Of a DNA stretch of 64,000 nt, positions 9,560 to 20,520 are shown in pieces. This stretch comes from a bacterium (lineage in GTDB: Bacteria; Tectomicrobia; Entotheonellia; J063; CAVPRW01). The position numbers and the translations under genes are program-made. The stretch covers positions 253 to 64,252 of the forward strand of contig JBKPCR010000099.1 in NCBI GenBank assembly GCA_046727435.1. Direction: 5' to 3'. Under the pieces are notes generated by a model, which was not told the origin of the DNA, did no database searches, and saw nothing but the letters and a program-made list of their open reading frames with translations. Position 1 is the first letter of the stretch. The number at the start of each line of letters is the position of its first letter.

Positions 9560-10488
9560 GTGCTCGATTTGACCAGTCTCACGGTGGACGAGTTTCGGCA
9601 GGTAGTGCCGCCCTTTGAGGCCGCGTTCCAAGCCCATATGGCCGCCTGGCGCCTTGACGCGAAGCCGTGCACGGCCCGTCGCTACACGACCTACACCAAC
9701 TGTCCGCTGCCCACGCCCGAGGACCGACTGCTGTGTATCCTAGTCTACCTGAAGACCTCTCCCCTCCAAGTGGTGCAGGGGCGGCTGTTCGGGATGGGCC
9801 AGAGCCAAGCCCATCAGTGGATTCCTGCCCTCTTGGTGGTGCTGCGGGCGACGCTGCGCGGGCTCGGGGATGCCCCGACCCGGTCCTTGACGGAGTTGGC
9901 GACGCGCCTCGGCGTGGCCGAGGCCGCAGTGGCGGCCATGGTCGAGCCGACGGCGGGGTCGCCGCCGGCCGATCTGCCCACGGCGGCAGCGGTACCGGTG
10001 CCTGCCTCCCCCCTTTTAGCCACGATGGCACCGCACGGCGCATCGAGCGCCCCCAGGCTCCGACTGAGCAGACGCGCTATGATAGCGGCAAGAAAACATA
10101 CCATACGGTGAAAAACGTGCTGCTGATCAACGCGGCACTCACGATCTTCTTGCTGCGTGAGACCTATGCCGGCAGCACCCACGATAAACGCATTGCCGAT
10201 GCCACCCCGTACCCCTTGCCTGCAGGGAGCCGGTTGCTCCAGGATCGGGGCTTCCTGGCGTTTACGCTGGACCAGGTGGAGATCATCATACCGACCCGGA
10301 AGCCGCGAGGCCGCGCCCTCACGCGTTCCCAAAAAGCCGCCAATCGGCGCATCGCGCGTCGCCGTGTGCGCATTGAGCACGTCAACAGCAGTGTCAAGCG
10401 CTGTCGCATCGTCCACGACACCAACCGTCTGCGGAAGGCGGGTGTTCGCGACCTGGTCATGGAAGTCTGCTGTGCGCTGCATAACTAG
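9560..10488 (+). mobile_element. IS element transposase (HTH_Tnp_4 + DDE_Tnp_4, IS5/Harbinger-like), split into two overlapping ORFs (9560-10111 and 9667-10488) by a frameshift.
   Basis: ORF1 has the N-terminal HTH region (LLCILVYLKTSPLQVVQGRLFGMGQSQAHQWIPALLVVL). ORF2, in another frame, has HDGTARRIERPQAPTEQTRYDSGKKTYHTVKNVLLINAA...LLQDRGFLAF...ANRRIARRRVRIEHVNSSVK, typical of DDE_Tnp_4. Candidate imperfect terminal inverted repeats are TTGCCATGGGCACGTGACGGT at 9510-9530 and ACCGTCTGCTGCCATGGCAA at 12472-12491. Confidence 0.7.
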
Positions 10489-10494
10489 CGCGTG

Positions 10495-12452
10495 GTGTGC
10501 CTTGAAAGTCACCGCTTGCTTGCCGGTGTAAGTCCGGCCGTGGTAATTACCGGAGAGCCACGTAGCAGGCGCCCAGTGCTCTTGGAGGACCGAGGGTGCT
10601 GAAGCGGCGTGTCCCTCTGAGAAAGAGGAGCAAACCAGCAGTCCGTAACATCAAGTGAATCCTGCAGCGCCGTGATGTTAACCCGCAAGGGACAAGGGAG
10701 AGCCGAGCCTATTACGCGAGGCGAAGGCCAGGGAAGGGGTGAAGAATCCGGAAGCGCAGCCCCGAAGAACTCTCCGGCGTAGGGCGAACGGAATGCTGGG
10801 ACAGGAAACGGTGGAACAAGGGAGACCTCAAGCAGTCAGTGGCCCACATCCGCTGTAACCCCTGGTATAAGACACCAGTCGAAGTCCAAGGGAATGCTGT
10901 TTGAGGAGTCGGAGGAGGTCATAGTACTGTCGATCAGCGAGACAACAGAACTCGCTGGGAGGGAAGGACCTCTGCTTCAACCAAGCTCAGCGAGGGGGTA
11001 AGTGACGATGCATGCCCGGCAGGGCCAACCACATCCGTTCGATTCATCACGACAACTCCAGCGCAAGCTATACCAGGCGGCCAAGAGGAGTAGGAATCGC
11101 CGATTCCATGCGCTCTACGACCGTATATTCCGGCCTGACATTCTGAGGCGGGCCTGGCGAGAAGTGCGCGCCAATGGAGGAAGTGCCGGCGTCGACGAGG
11201 TGCAGATAGACGACGTCGAGCGGCAGGGGGTAACCGTCTTTCTCCAGGCGCTTGAACAAGACCTGCGGGCTGGGAGCTACAGACCGCAGCCGGTGCGGCG
11301 GGTCTATATCCCCAAACCGGACGGACGGGAACGCCCACTAGGGATTCCGACCGTGCGAGACCGGGTGGTTCAACAGGCGTGCAAGATCGTGATCGAGCCG
11401 CTCTTTGAAGCCAAATTCCAAGACACTTCCTACGGCTTTCGCCCGAAGCGGAGCGCCACCCAAGCGGTCAAGGTGGTCAAAGAACAACTCATATCGAACG
11501 GCTATGTAGTCGAGGTCGATATCGAACGCTTCTTTGACACCATCGACCATGAGCTGCTGATGCGGCTGGTCGCATGGCGGATCAGTGACCGGAGGGTCTT
11601 AAAGCTGATACGCCAGTGGCTGAAGGCGGGTGTGGTGGAAGCGGGCCAGTGGCACCCGACCACGATGGGGTCACCCCAGGGAGGCGTCATCAGCCCTGTG
11701 TTGGCCAATATTTACTTGCATGTGCTCGATATGTACTGGACACAACAGTACAGCGCGCTGGGACACCTCACACGGTATGCGGACGATATGGTGATCGTCT
11801 GTCGCACGCGAGGGGCGGCCGAGCAAGCCCTACAAGCCGTCACGCAGGGCTTGCAGAAACTCAAGCTGACGGTGCATCCCACCAAGACGCGCATCGTCGA
11901 CGTGAAGAGCGCCGGGTTTGAGTTTCTCGGGTTCCACTGTCACAAAGGCAGAGCACGCACGTCAGGGAAGCTGATCCCCCTGATATGGCCTGGCCAGAAA
12001 GCCATGAAAGCCATACGCCGCCAAATTCGGGAACAGACGGAACGACGAGGCTTGAGGGGCACATTTACGGCAATAGTGGCAAAACTCAACCCAATCATTC
12101 GGGGGTGGCGCAACTACTTCCGTGTGGGCAACTCGACCAAGAAGTTTCAGGACCTGGACCGCTATGTGCGGCAACGGGTGGGACAGTGGGAACGGGCACG
12201 CCTGAAGCGAGCGGCAACCGCCGGACAACTCCAGGCTCTGCTCAGCACCAGTGGACTCGAATCCTTCTCAGCGCGAGGAAGATGCGGCACGCGACCTTGA
12301 AAGCCTCTGGAAGAAGGTTGTCGGAAAGCCGTATGCGGGAGAACTGCACGTACGGTTTGAGGTGGCGGGGGTTGGAAACGTAGCCATGGTGGAATTGTGA
12401 ACCCACCCCGCAATTGAAAGAGCGGGACCGGAAACCCTCCACCTACAGCAGG
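10495..12452 (+). mobile_element. Bacterial group II intron, about 1.96 kb, nested at the 3' edge of the IS element. Boundaries are approximate.
   Basis: A GTGTG 5' motif sits at 10495-10499; GTGCG at 10472 is an alternative. An RT/maturase ORF lies in the domain IV position. A canonical domain V (AAGCCGTATGCGGGAGAACTGCACGTACGGTTT, with AGC triad and AC bulge) is at 12326-12358. A candidate domain VI closing helix GAGGTGG/CCACCT[A]C has a bulged A at 12445. Confidence 0.65.
11002..12300 (+). CDS. Group II intron reverse transcriptase/maturase; no endonuclease domain.
   Basis: RT blocks are present: RPDILRRAWREVRANGGSAGVDEV (RT0/1), RVYIPKPDGRERPLGIPTVRDRVVQQA (RT2), FRPKRSATQA (RT3), FFDTIDHELL (RT4), SPQGGVISPVLANIYL (RT4/5), RYADDMVIVC (YADD active site). 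Maturase domain X has RGWRNYFRVGNS. The ORF ends without an HNH domain. 432 aa. Confidence 0.9.
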   Translation: MTMHARQGQPHPFDSSRQLQRKLYQAAKRSRNRRFHALYDRIFRPDILRRAWREVRANGGSAGVDEVQIDDVERQGVTVFLQALEQDLRAGSYRPQPVRRVYIPKPDGRERPLGIPTVRDRVVQQACKIVIEPLFEAKFQDTSYGFRPKRSATQAVKVVKEQLISNGYVVEVDIERFFDTIDHELLMRLVAWRISDRRVLKLIRQWLKAGVVEAGQWHPTTMGSPQGGVISPVLANIYLHVLDMYWTQQYSALGHLTRYADDMVIVCRTRGAAEQALQAVTQGLQKLKLTVHPTKTRIVDVKSAGFEFLGFHCHKGRARTSGKLIPLIWPGQKAMKAIRRQIREQTERRGLRGTFTAIVAKLNPIIRGWRNYFRVGNSTKKFQDLDRYVRQRVGQWERARLKRAATAGQLQALLSTSGLESFSARGRCGTRP

Positions 12453-12515
12453 CGCGCCAGTCCTCGACCCTACCGTCTGCTGCCATGGCAACCGATGGTT
12501 TAATCGGGATGAACT

Positions 12516-12731
12516 CTATTCAGCATCGAGGAGCGTTGGAAAAACCCATGCGGTGATGGTGAACTGTTGGACATTCAAATTCGGGTTGCCGGTGACCAAA
12601 ACTTCACCCGTTCCATCCAAACTGAATGCCTGTTCGACTTGGCCCGGGATAAACGATACGCTGCCGTGCAATTCCCCATCATTCGCATCCCTCCTCAATG
12701 GGATGACAGGCTTCCGACCACCTCGGCCCAC
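12516..12731 (-). pseudogene. LamG (concanavalin-like lectin) domain gene fragment, truncated at both ends.
   Basis: GELHGSVSFIPGQVEQAFSLDGTGEVLVTGNPNLNVQQFTITAWVFPT aligns with the LamG domains of the 12902-16236 protein (...GLSFDGVNDRVDVNDSASLDLTGGMTLEAWVYPT...). It diverges right after PT at the IS/intron side. Confidence 0.5.
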
Positions 12732-12901
12732 TCGGTGGCACGAACGAGCCCGCTCCTAATCCATACTTGGAGCCTAAGAACCGTTCTTAGCCCGTCGGTG
12801 TAAATTAGGGAGACAGGGCGGGGGGCGTCCGACTACGACAGGCGAAGAGCAGCTGGCGGGCCGAGGCCAGCTGCCGGCAGGGGCGGATGGAGATCTATGC
12901 G

Positions 12902-15900
12902 CTAGGGCACCGGTGTCACCATGTCGGCCTGGATCTCGGCGGCACTCAGACCTCGGTTGTAGATCCGGACTTCGTCGATCTGGCCCGCAAACCATTCACT
13001 CCACACTGCATTGCCGCCGATCCGGAGGCGGCCGGTCGAGACCTGGATAATGCCCGTGACCGCCCGGCTGCCGACCTCTATGCCATTGACGTACAGGCGT
13101 AAGGTGGCACCGTCGTACGTCGTCGCCAGATGCGTCCAGGTGTGTAGGGGCAGGGCCGAGACGCCCACCACGCTCACATCCGCGCTACCGATCCGCACGT
13201 AAGCGGCGGGCTTCGGCGCATTATCATGCGCATAGAGGGCATAGGCCAGTCCTCCCGGCCGCTCCTTCAGAACGACCGTGCGCCAGCCGCTGAGGACCGT
13301 TGGATACACCCAGGCCTCTAGCGTCATCCCTCCCGTCAGGTCGAGTGAGGCCGAGTCATTGACGTCGACACGGTCATTGACCCCGTCAAAGGATAGGCCC
13401 ACACCAGCCAGCCCGGCAGTGGTCCATGTCGTGCCGGAAAGCGTTCCGGTATTACCGTTACCTGAACGGTCGCTAGTCGTAGTGCCACTTCCCTCACTAA
13501 AGGCATAGGCTGCCACCACGCCTGTCGCCGGTGGTGGAGCCGTGTTCGATACGGTGACCGTGACGGCACTCGACGTGGTCTGGTTGCCCGCTATGTCGCG
13601 GGCGACTGCGGTAAGGACGTGGGTGCCGTTCGGGAAGGTCTGTGTATCCCACGAACGGCTGTAGGGGGCAGCAGTGTCCTCAGCCCCGAGGTCCGCGCCA
13701 TCGATTCGAAAGCGCACACCCGCCACCCCCTGATCGTCGGAGGCGGTGGCGGCGATGGTCACCGTGGCGGACACCGTGGCGCCGCTTGTAGGCGTGGTAA
13801 TGCTGACAATGGGTGCCTGGGTGTCAGGGAGCGCGGTGCCTGACGCTTCGTTCGAGGGCGTGCTCGCGTTGCCGGCCGCGTCCTCGGCGGTCACCCGGTA
13901 GTAGTATGTACCTGGGGCGAGCCCAGCATCCGTGTATGCAGTAGTAGTCATCTCAGCGATGTAGTTGGCGGCCGAGGGCGTAAAGCCGGCCGCGGTGGCG
14001 CGGTACACGTGGTAGCGGACGACATCCCCGGCGCCGCTCGGCGCGCTCCAGCTCAGGACAACGCGCTGGACGTCGCCGGCGGCGGTGAGGGCGACCGGCG
14101 GTCCGGGCGGCGTTGTATCCTCGGTTGGGGATGGCAGGCGGACCCAGCGCGCGACAGACGGCACGCCGGCCGTGTTCAGCACGAACAGCATGTAGTAGCC
14201 AGGCGGGGTGAGGGTCGCACTTGCCGGCGCATCGACGCTGAGAGTGCTGCCGCTCTGCTGGAACGCGAGGTTCAGATAGCGTTGGTCCTCGTCGAACTGG
14301 TGCGTCACCGCGCCTGGCCGCAGCAGTGCTACCGCGTCAACGGTCGCGGTGTTGGAGAGGCTGACGGCGAAGGCGGTGCCGTAGGGGATCACCGCGGGGA
14401 CGGAGGCAATCGCGGGCTGAGTTCCCTTAAAGAGATAGGGTGGCGAGTAAAACTCCGCTGTCGTCTGGTCCGGCCCACCGTAACTGTCCCCACTACCGGC
14501 CACGACGACGCGGCCATCGGTGAGGAGCAGGGCCGTCGAGTGGTATAGCCGCGGCACCTGCATAGCGGCCATGGTCTGCCACGTCTCGGTGGCCGGCGAC
14601 CACAGCTCGGCCTCGAAGACAGCGGCTGAGACGTCCTTGCCTTCGGTCGTGACCCCGCCACCAGTCACCAGGACGTTCCCGTCCGGCAGCACCGTCAGCG
14701 TGTGGTACGCGCGCGGGAAGGCCATTGGGGCCGTCTGCCGCCAAGCCGGCGACGGCTCGGTCATGTCGAGGACGTACGTCGACGCCTCGGCGGGGTCATT
14801 TGAGACGTCTGTCGTCGCCGATGTGCCCGACTTGAGCACCTGGCCGGGGCGGTACATCGCGGCGCTGCCCCCATCGACGACCAGCGGATCCACGGTTGTC
14901 CACTGCTGGCTCGCAAGGTTGAGCGTGCGCGCGGGGGCCGGCTGCTCTCCAGCCCCCGCATTCAGAACGCGACCGTCCGGAAGCACGAAGATGAATGGGT
15001 AATAGGGGAACGCCAGTTCTGCGCCGGTAAGCTGCGTCCACGAGTTCGTCTGGGGGTTATAGATCTCCGGGATGTCTGCAATACACTCGAAGCAGGTGGT
15101 CGCGCCAGACGTCACGAGGACACGGCCGTCCGGCAGGGTTGTCGCGGTTGGATACCAGCGCCGGTATGTCATCGATGGCACCGACGTCCATGATTCGCTG
15201 ATGGGATCGAAAATGGCTGCCTGGTTGGAGCCGAGGACGCCGCCAGCATTGTCATGCCCGCCGACGACCAGGATACGGCCGTCAGCCAGGGCCGAATGGC
15301 CGGAGCAGAACACGTTGTAGGGGGCGGGGATTAGGCGGAGGGTTCCAGTCGCTGGGTTCCACACGGTGGCCGACGTCCCTCCATGGGTCTCGCCGCCGTA
15401 CATGAGGATCTTGCCCGTGTGAAGGTGGATCATGTTAACCGCTACGAGACCCAGCTCGACCGGAGTCGACCACTGGCCGATCGTGGAAGCCCCAGGTGGT
15501 GGGGGTGGCGGCGGCGGCAGCCCGATGGGCGTGGCCATGTCGGCCTGGATCTCGGCCGGACTCAGTGCCCGACTGTAGATCCGGACCTCGTCTATGCGGC
15601 CCGCGAAATATTCGCCCCACAGCGCGTCGCCTCCGATGCGGAGGGGCATGGTGGAGGCGACAAGGGCGCCACCCAGGGGCCTGCTGCCGACCTCGCTGCC
15701 GTTGACGTAGAGCCGGAGGGTCACGCCGTTGTAGGTGGCGGCCAAGTGCGTCCAAGTGTTCAGGGGGAGTTGAGAGGCACCATAGATCCCTTGTTCCACC
15801 CCGGTATTGACAAAGGTATTGGGGCGATTAGAGTCGGCATTGGCGTACAGCGCATAGGACAGATTGCCGGGAATTTCCTTCAGGATCACCGACCGCCAGC

Positions 15901-16236
15901 CGTTGGTGGCTCCTCCAGAGAGCGCTGTGGGATATACCCAGGCCTCCAGTGTCATGCCGGTCCCCAGGTCGAGGTCAGCGGCATTGGCCACGGTGACCCA
16001 GTCGTTCAGCCCATCGAAGCTGAGTGCGCTGTCGAACATCCCTCCCGTCGTCCACGTCGCACCCGTGATCGTGCCCGTATGGGCATGGCCGGACGCATCC
16101 CCTACCACGGTGCCGGCACCCTCATCGAAGGAAAACGCCGCGACAGGCCCCGTTGGCTGGCTCGTCGCAGGACCCGCGAGCAAAGCGATCAAAACGACGA
16201 CCACGGCAGCAGCCGCGACGCGAGGTCCCTCCATCG
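12902..16236 (-). CDS. Secreted multidomain protein: LamG, galactose-oxidase-like kelch beta-propeller with DUF1929-like Ig, FN3, bacterial Ig-like, LamG.
   Basis: The probable start is MEGPRVAAAAVVVVLIALLAGPATSQ (signal peptide) at about 16236. Two LamG modules are present (...TLEAWVYPT.LSG..GWR.V.LKE...RIDEVRIY.R.LS..EIQADM). The central region has repeated GGxxxG...LPDGRVLVxGG kelch blades and a PYLFKGTQP...YYMLFVLNTAGVPSVARWVRL DUF1929-like end. FN3 is VVLSWSAPSGAGDVVRYHVYRAT...YYYRVTAEDAAGNAS. Confidence 0.75.
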
Positions 16237-16490
16237 TGAATGGATTCCACCTGCAAGGGGTGCAGGTAGACTTAACGTTTTTCATATGCAAGTCCTTCTT
16301 TCATGTGCAAGTCCTTCAATAAGAGATGGTAGTACCAAACAGAAAGCGTGGCCGATCTTCCGCACTTTTGGTGAGGTGAAGTGAGGCTGAGCTGATAAGA
16401 GGGGTGGAGTAAGACGCAGGATCACCGCGGTGGTAGGCCGATGAAGAGGGGGCTAGCGGTGTCAAACGGCCGTCACGCTGTATAGATCGC

Positions 16491-16522
16491 GTAGCCGTCC
16501 CAGGCTAGCCTGGGACGGCTAC
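16491..16522. terminator. Perfect 16-bp-arm palindrome (GTAGCCGTCCCAGGCT|AGCCTGGGACGGCTAC), a putative terminator or operator downstream of the 16573 gene.
   Basis: Read directly. It sits between convergent/divergent minus-strand genes, is GC-rich, and has no strong U-tract. Confidence 0.35.
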
Positions 16523-16572
16523 ATTTCGGGTCGCAATGACCTCCCCTCACTTACCCCAGGTGTGGGGCAGCG

Positions 16573-17493
16573 CTAGGGGAGGCAGTATACGTCGATGAAC
16601 CAAGTGCGGTTCTTGTCGCGGGGACGCACGCGGACGGTCACTGTCTGCGGCCCCGACCCCTGCTCGACGTCATCGAGCAAGACGCGCTCGACCGTGCAGC
16701 CGTCCTGGTTGCCGATAGCGATGTAGTGGATACCGACCTCAGGCGCCTCCACATGCGCCTCATGCATGATTACGAGCTCGGGCTTGTAATAGGACCATTT
16801 GGTGTTGTTAGCGCCGTGGATGTCGGTCCAGGTCACTCCCCGGCCATCCAGGAGGTTACCGCTGCTGTCGAAGAACCGCGTGTCAATCTCGCGGACGTCC
16901 GAGTCCTCGACCTTGAAGTTATCGGTCTTGCTGTGGCTAGGAATGAAGCCGTGACGATTCGCGGGTGCGTTACCGCAGTCTACCTCGTCCAAGCCCGTGA
17001 TCCCAGCCTTACCAAGTTCCTGGCAACCGAGCAAGAAGTCCTCAAGGCGGGTCACCCATACCTTGTACTCGCCCCCAGGGTTGGGGGTATCATTATAGGG
17101 GACCAGCTGCACGGTCTTTGCGGGGGGATGATCCACATCATTTCCCGTGGCATGCTCACAGTCGGTGTCAACCACACTGCTGATAACCCCGCTGCTCACT
17201 ACAAATTGACGACAGCGCGCAAAGTCCGTCGAGAGCAGCGTCTTGCCCGATGGGTCCGTGACCTGGAAGACGTATGTCCCATCGTCGAGGCCTGCCGCGT
17301 CTTGGGGCGCTCCGACCCCGGGGCCGCCATCCAGATAGACGTCATTCTTGTCATCGTAGATATTGAAGTTGACTTCGCTGCCATCCGGGAGCGTCGTGAA
17401 AATCGCCCCCGAGGGCGCGTGCGCCGCCGCCGGCACAACCAGGGCCGATGCCACACCGACGGCCAGGACCAACCTGATGATTCCTTGCTTCAT
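16573..17493 (-). CDS. Secreted hypothetical protein, Cys-containing.
   Basis: The probable start is MKQGIIRLVLAVGVASALVVPAAAHA (signal peptide) with GGAGAG upstream at about 17493. The ORF track's longer N-terminus is probably an artefact. No family recognised. Confidence 0.55.
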   Translation of the reverse strand: MKQGIIRLVLAVGVASALVVPAAAHAPSGAIFTTLPDGSEVNFNIYDDKNDVYLDGGPGVGAPQDAAGLDDGTYVFQVTDPSGKTLLSTDFARCRQFVVSSGVISSVVDTDCEHATGNDVDHPPAKTVQLVPYNDTPNPGGEYKVWVTRLEDFLLGCQELGKAGITGLDEVDCGNAPANRHGFIPSHSKTDNFKVEDSDVREIDTRFFDSSGNLLDGRGVTWTDIHGANNTKWSYYKPELVIMHEAHVEAPEVGIHYIAIGNQDGCTVERVLLDDVEQGSGPQTVTVRVRPRDKNRTWFIDVYCLP

Positions 17494-17932
17494 GGTACTC
17501 TCCATTCTGTTGTGATGCCCCACTGACGGGGGCCATGCGAAAGGGCGCAGGCTGCCGGTGTCGTGGTCACCCACTCCCCGGCGGATAGCCGGGGCAGCCA
17601 CCGAGCGCGTGCGCCGTGTTGCCAGCCATGGCCGTACCAGCAGACGAGAGCGTATCAGGCAGCCTGTGCTGGCGCAGGCTTGAAGAGCAGCGAGGGTTGT
17701 GACCGAGGGACAGCCAAGCCTTGTAGGTGGATATAAGTGTGAGGAGCTGCAGGCGCGCAGCGATATACGATTCGTACTATTGTGCGCTACCGTTCGTTAT
17801 CGCGTGAGGGGCAAGGGGCGGTACATATGCCCCACGAGGGTCAGCCGATGCGCTGGACGTGAGAGGTGCCGCAGGACGGTGATGAGACAAGAGACGGTCC
17901 GAGCCGAGTGGACATAGCCCAGCGCCCGGACC

Positions 17933-19039
17933 TCACGCCAGAAGGGTGTCTATAAGCGTCTGGTAGCAGCGGACCATCGTGGTCTCCTGGAAACCCATGA
18001 TGATCTTGGATCTCGCTGCGCGACTCATGGTTTGCAGATTCGATGAATCCTTCAGCCTGAGCAGCGCGGAGGCAAATCCCTCGCCTCCGTCGCCGGTATT
18101 TCTGAGGAAACCATCCTTGCCATCATCGATAATATTGCGGATTTCACCAACGTCTGAAGCGATCACTGGCAAGCCGACGGACATAGCTTCCAGGATGGTG
18201 AGAGGCATTTGCTCGGTAAATGACGTGAGTAAAAAGACATCTCCTGCCCTGAGATAGGGCAGCACCTCAACGCGCTGTCCCACCATGACGAGGCCTGTAT
18301 GAATGTCTTTTTGAATGCTTAACTGCTCTATCTTTCGTCGTTCTGGACCATCACCTATAATGAGCAATTTGGTTTTCTTGTCTCTCTTATAGCAGTATTC
18401 AAAGACTTCCAATAACAGTGCGAAGTTTTTAACCGGATCCAGGCGACCAGAAAATATGATGACGAAATCTTCTTCGTCAAAATTTAATTCCTTTCTCATG
18501 CATCGACGGATATGATTGTCTGGTGAATAATAGTCCGAATCTATGCCGTTGGGAATCATCAGAACATGATTATCACGCAGCCAATACTTTTTCTGCACAG
18601 AGATCTTTAAATTGGAGCTCACGGTCACGAGTGCGGATGCCATCCGATACACAATAAATCGATAAACATCTCTCTTCCATATGGTCATTCGTGCTTCTTC
18701 AATACTGAAGCCATGCTCATGATGGATAATTTTCTTAATTCCAGCTAGTCTCCCCACCCATATGGCATCCGTCGCTCCCCAATTATAGGTCATTAATAAA
18801 CCTGGAGACACTTTCTTGATTTCTCTATATAGCTTCATAAGGTATTGAGAGAAATCTTTACTTTTATGAAAGATTATTTTTTCGATGTTATTCGTTTTAA
18901 TCCACTGAAAAGCACGATCGTTTCCATCCAAACTAAGTATAATATGTTGATATTTGGAAAAAGTATGGTTAATAATCGAACAGATGACTTTTTCCATCCC
19001 TCCGAGGCCAAATGATGGAATGACATGGAGAATTTTCAT
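17933..19039 (-). CDS. Glycosyltransferase family 4 (GT-B; PEP-CTERM/EpsH1-type sugar transferase-like).
   Basis: MKILHVIPSFGLGGMEKV... N-terminus; C-terminal GT4 motifs EQMPLTILEAMSVGLPVIASDVGEIRNII.DGKDGFL. Markedly low GC relative to neighbours. Confidence 0.8.
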   Translation of the reverse strand: MKILHVIPSFGLGGMEKVICSIINHTFSKYQHIILSLDGNDRAFQWIKTNNIEKIIFHKSKDFSQYLMKLYREIKKVSPGLLMTYNWGATDAIWVGRLAGIKKIIHHEHGFSIEEARMTIWKRDVYRFIVYRMASALVTVSSNLKISVQKKYWLRDNHVLMIPNGIDSDYYSPDNHIRRCMRKELNFDEEDFVIIFSGRLDPVKNFALLLEVFEYCYKRDKKTKLLIIGDGPERRKIEQLSIQKDIHTGLVMVGQRVEVLPYLRAGDVFLLTSFTEQMPLTILEAMSVGLPVIASDVGEIRNIIDDGKDGFLRNTGDGGEGFASALLRLKDSSNLQTMSRAARSKIIMGFQETTMVRCYQTLIDTLLA

Positions 19040-19071
19040 GGCGAGTAGCTTTCCTTACTGGAACATATCTC

Positions 19072-20238
19072 TCAATGCATGGCGGAAGATCGCGTGATTT
19101 CTGTGATCAGCTCATCAAACCTCTGCAAATTCTTTTCCCAACAAAAATTTTGCTCAATAAATTGCTTGGCGTTCTTCCGAAGCCTTTCTCTCAGGCTTGC
19201 ATCGTTGAGTAGTCTGATGGTGGCTGCGGCAAAATCTTCTGGGTCGTCCGCCATGAGAATTTCTTGGCCGGGCACCGCGTTAATGCCTCGATTCGCCATG
19301 GAGGTGGCGACCACGGGAACTCCCATAGCCATTGCTTCAAGGATCTTGTTTTGGACGCCCATGGCTACACGTAAGGGCACCACGCAGACAGCGGCTTTGG
19401 AGAGATAGGCGCGGATATCCGGCACGAAACCTGTCACAGTCGTATGGCGATCGGCCAGTTTTCGAATTTGCGCGGTCGGATGCATGCCCGCGATGATAAA
19501 CTGGGCAGCTGGAATCTCACGTTTAATTAACGGGAAAATATAGCGGTGAAAATGCAGGACGGCGTCAGTGTTGGGAAAGTAATTCATCACGCCAGTAAAG
19601 ATGATCGAGCCGTCATTGGGAGTATTGTCTGTGGAGAAATACTGTTGATCGACCCCATTTGGGAGGACGGTGATACGAGAACTATTGTCAAGCAGGGACT
19701 TCTCATGCTGAGAGGTTACCAAGCAGTGGTCAAATTGTTTAGAGAGGAACTGTTCAAAGCGAAAAAGCCTGCGAGACTCCGTCCGGTAAATCATCGAATA
19801 AGGAAAGGGAGCCATCGAAGAGAGATGTTCCCATTTCTTTGAATCAATGTCAACGTAATCAAGAATTTTCGGTGAAGATATATTGAGAGCATATTGAGCC
19901 ATAGTTGAGCAATCGGCAAGTACTACATCTGGAGAAAGTCTTTGCACCACCTTTGCTAACACTCCTGAATAAAAATATGCAACGGATAATGGATAATTCG
20001 AAAAAAGAGATGTAAGACAAGATAAATAGGAAACAACGGTCTTATATTTAATTGGAAAAATGGATTCGCAGTATTGCCTCAGATGTTCTTGGCATGCATA
20101 ATGTTCAGCACTAAATACTGGGTATACAAGCGTCAGATCATAATTCTTGGAGAGATGTTTGAGGAGATTATAACAGCGGATACGATCGCCTCGATTTGGC
20201 GGATATGGACATGTATGGGCCAGATACAGTATTTTCAT
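19072..20238 (-). CDS. Glycosyltransferase family 4 (TIGR03087-like sugar transferase, PEP-CTERM/EpsH1 system associated type).
   Basis: The likely start is MKILYLAHTCPYPPNRGDRIRCYNLLKHLSKNYDLTLVY, the hallmark N-terminus of that subfamily. C-terminal KILEAMAMGVPVVATSMA. Lower GC. Confidence 0.8.
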   Translation of the reverse strand: MKILYLAHTCPYPPNRGDRIRCYNLLKHLSKNYDLTLVYPVFSAEHYACQEHLRQYCESIFPIKYKTVVSYLSCLTSLFSNYPLSVAYFYSGVLAKVVQRLSPDVVLADCSTMAQYALNISSPKILDYVDIDSKKWEHLSSMAPFPYSMIYRTESRRLFRFEQFLSKQFDHCLVTSQHEKSLLDNSSRITVLPNGVDQQYFSTDNTPNDGSIIFTGVMNYFPNTDAVLHFHRYIFPLIKREIPAAQFIIAGMHPTAQIRKLADRHTTVTGFVPDIRAYLSKAAVCVVPLRVAMGVQNKILEAMAMGVPVVATSMANRGINAVPGQEILMADDPEDFAAATIRLLNDASLRERLRKNAKQFIEQNFCWEKNLQRFDELITEITRSSAMH

Positions 20239-20520
20239 AAAGTACCCATGAATGAGGGCGTCCCAGGCTGAACGCAAGATTGTCAAGATGTGCATTGCGT
20301 CCGCCACAAGGTTATGGGGGTCCGATCGAACTGATCGGACGTGTTCAGTGCCGCGATCACCGCATTATAACAAGAGTGGCATTGCGATGCAGAGATTTTT
20401 GCGCAGAGATGATCAGAAAATATATAAATACCCTAAATCTCAGAGACACCGAGGGTGATCAGGTGTTATTATCAGTTTTGCAAGGTACCCTTCGCGGCGA
20501 TGGCTTTCAGAGGTGGCGGC

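Noticed and set aside
10472-10476. Alternative group II intron 5' end at GTGCG inside the transposase ORF end
   Set aside because: Both GTGCG (10472) and GTGTG (10495) are possible. I preferred 10495 because it leaves the transposase stop codon in the exon. This is unresolved without domain I folding.
9579-10512. Minus-strand ORFs 9579-10043 and 9814-10512 opposite the IS transposase
   Set aside because: They are antisense to a recognisable DDE_Tnp_4 transposase and have a low-complexity Pro/Arg/Ala composition.
10934-11338. Minus-strand ORF antisense to the group II intron RT
   Set aside because: It overlaps the RT0-RT2 region of a well-conserved maturase and has no homology signal.
12359-12446. 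Unusually long candidate domain VI (about 88 nt)
   Set aside because: The helix GAGGTGG/CCACCT[A]C with a bulged A fits domain VI, but the length is atypical. The intron 3' boundary is therefore given only approximately.
16726-17526. Plus-strand 266-aa ORF opposite the 16573-17493 secreted-protein gene
   Set aside because: It has no signal or homology features and overlaps a minus-strand ORF with a good signal peptide and RBS; I judged it an antisense artefact.
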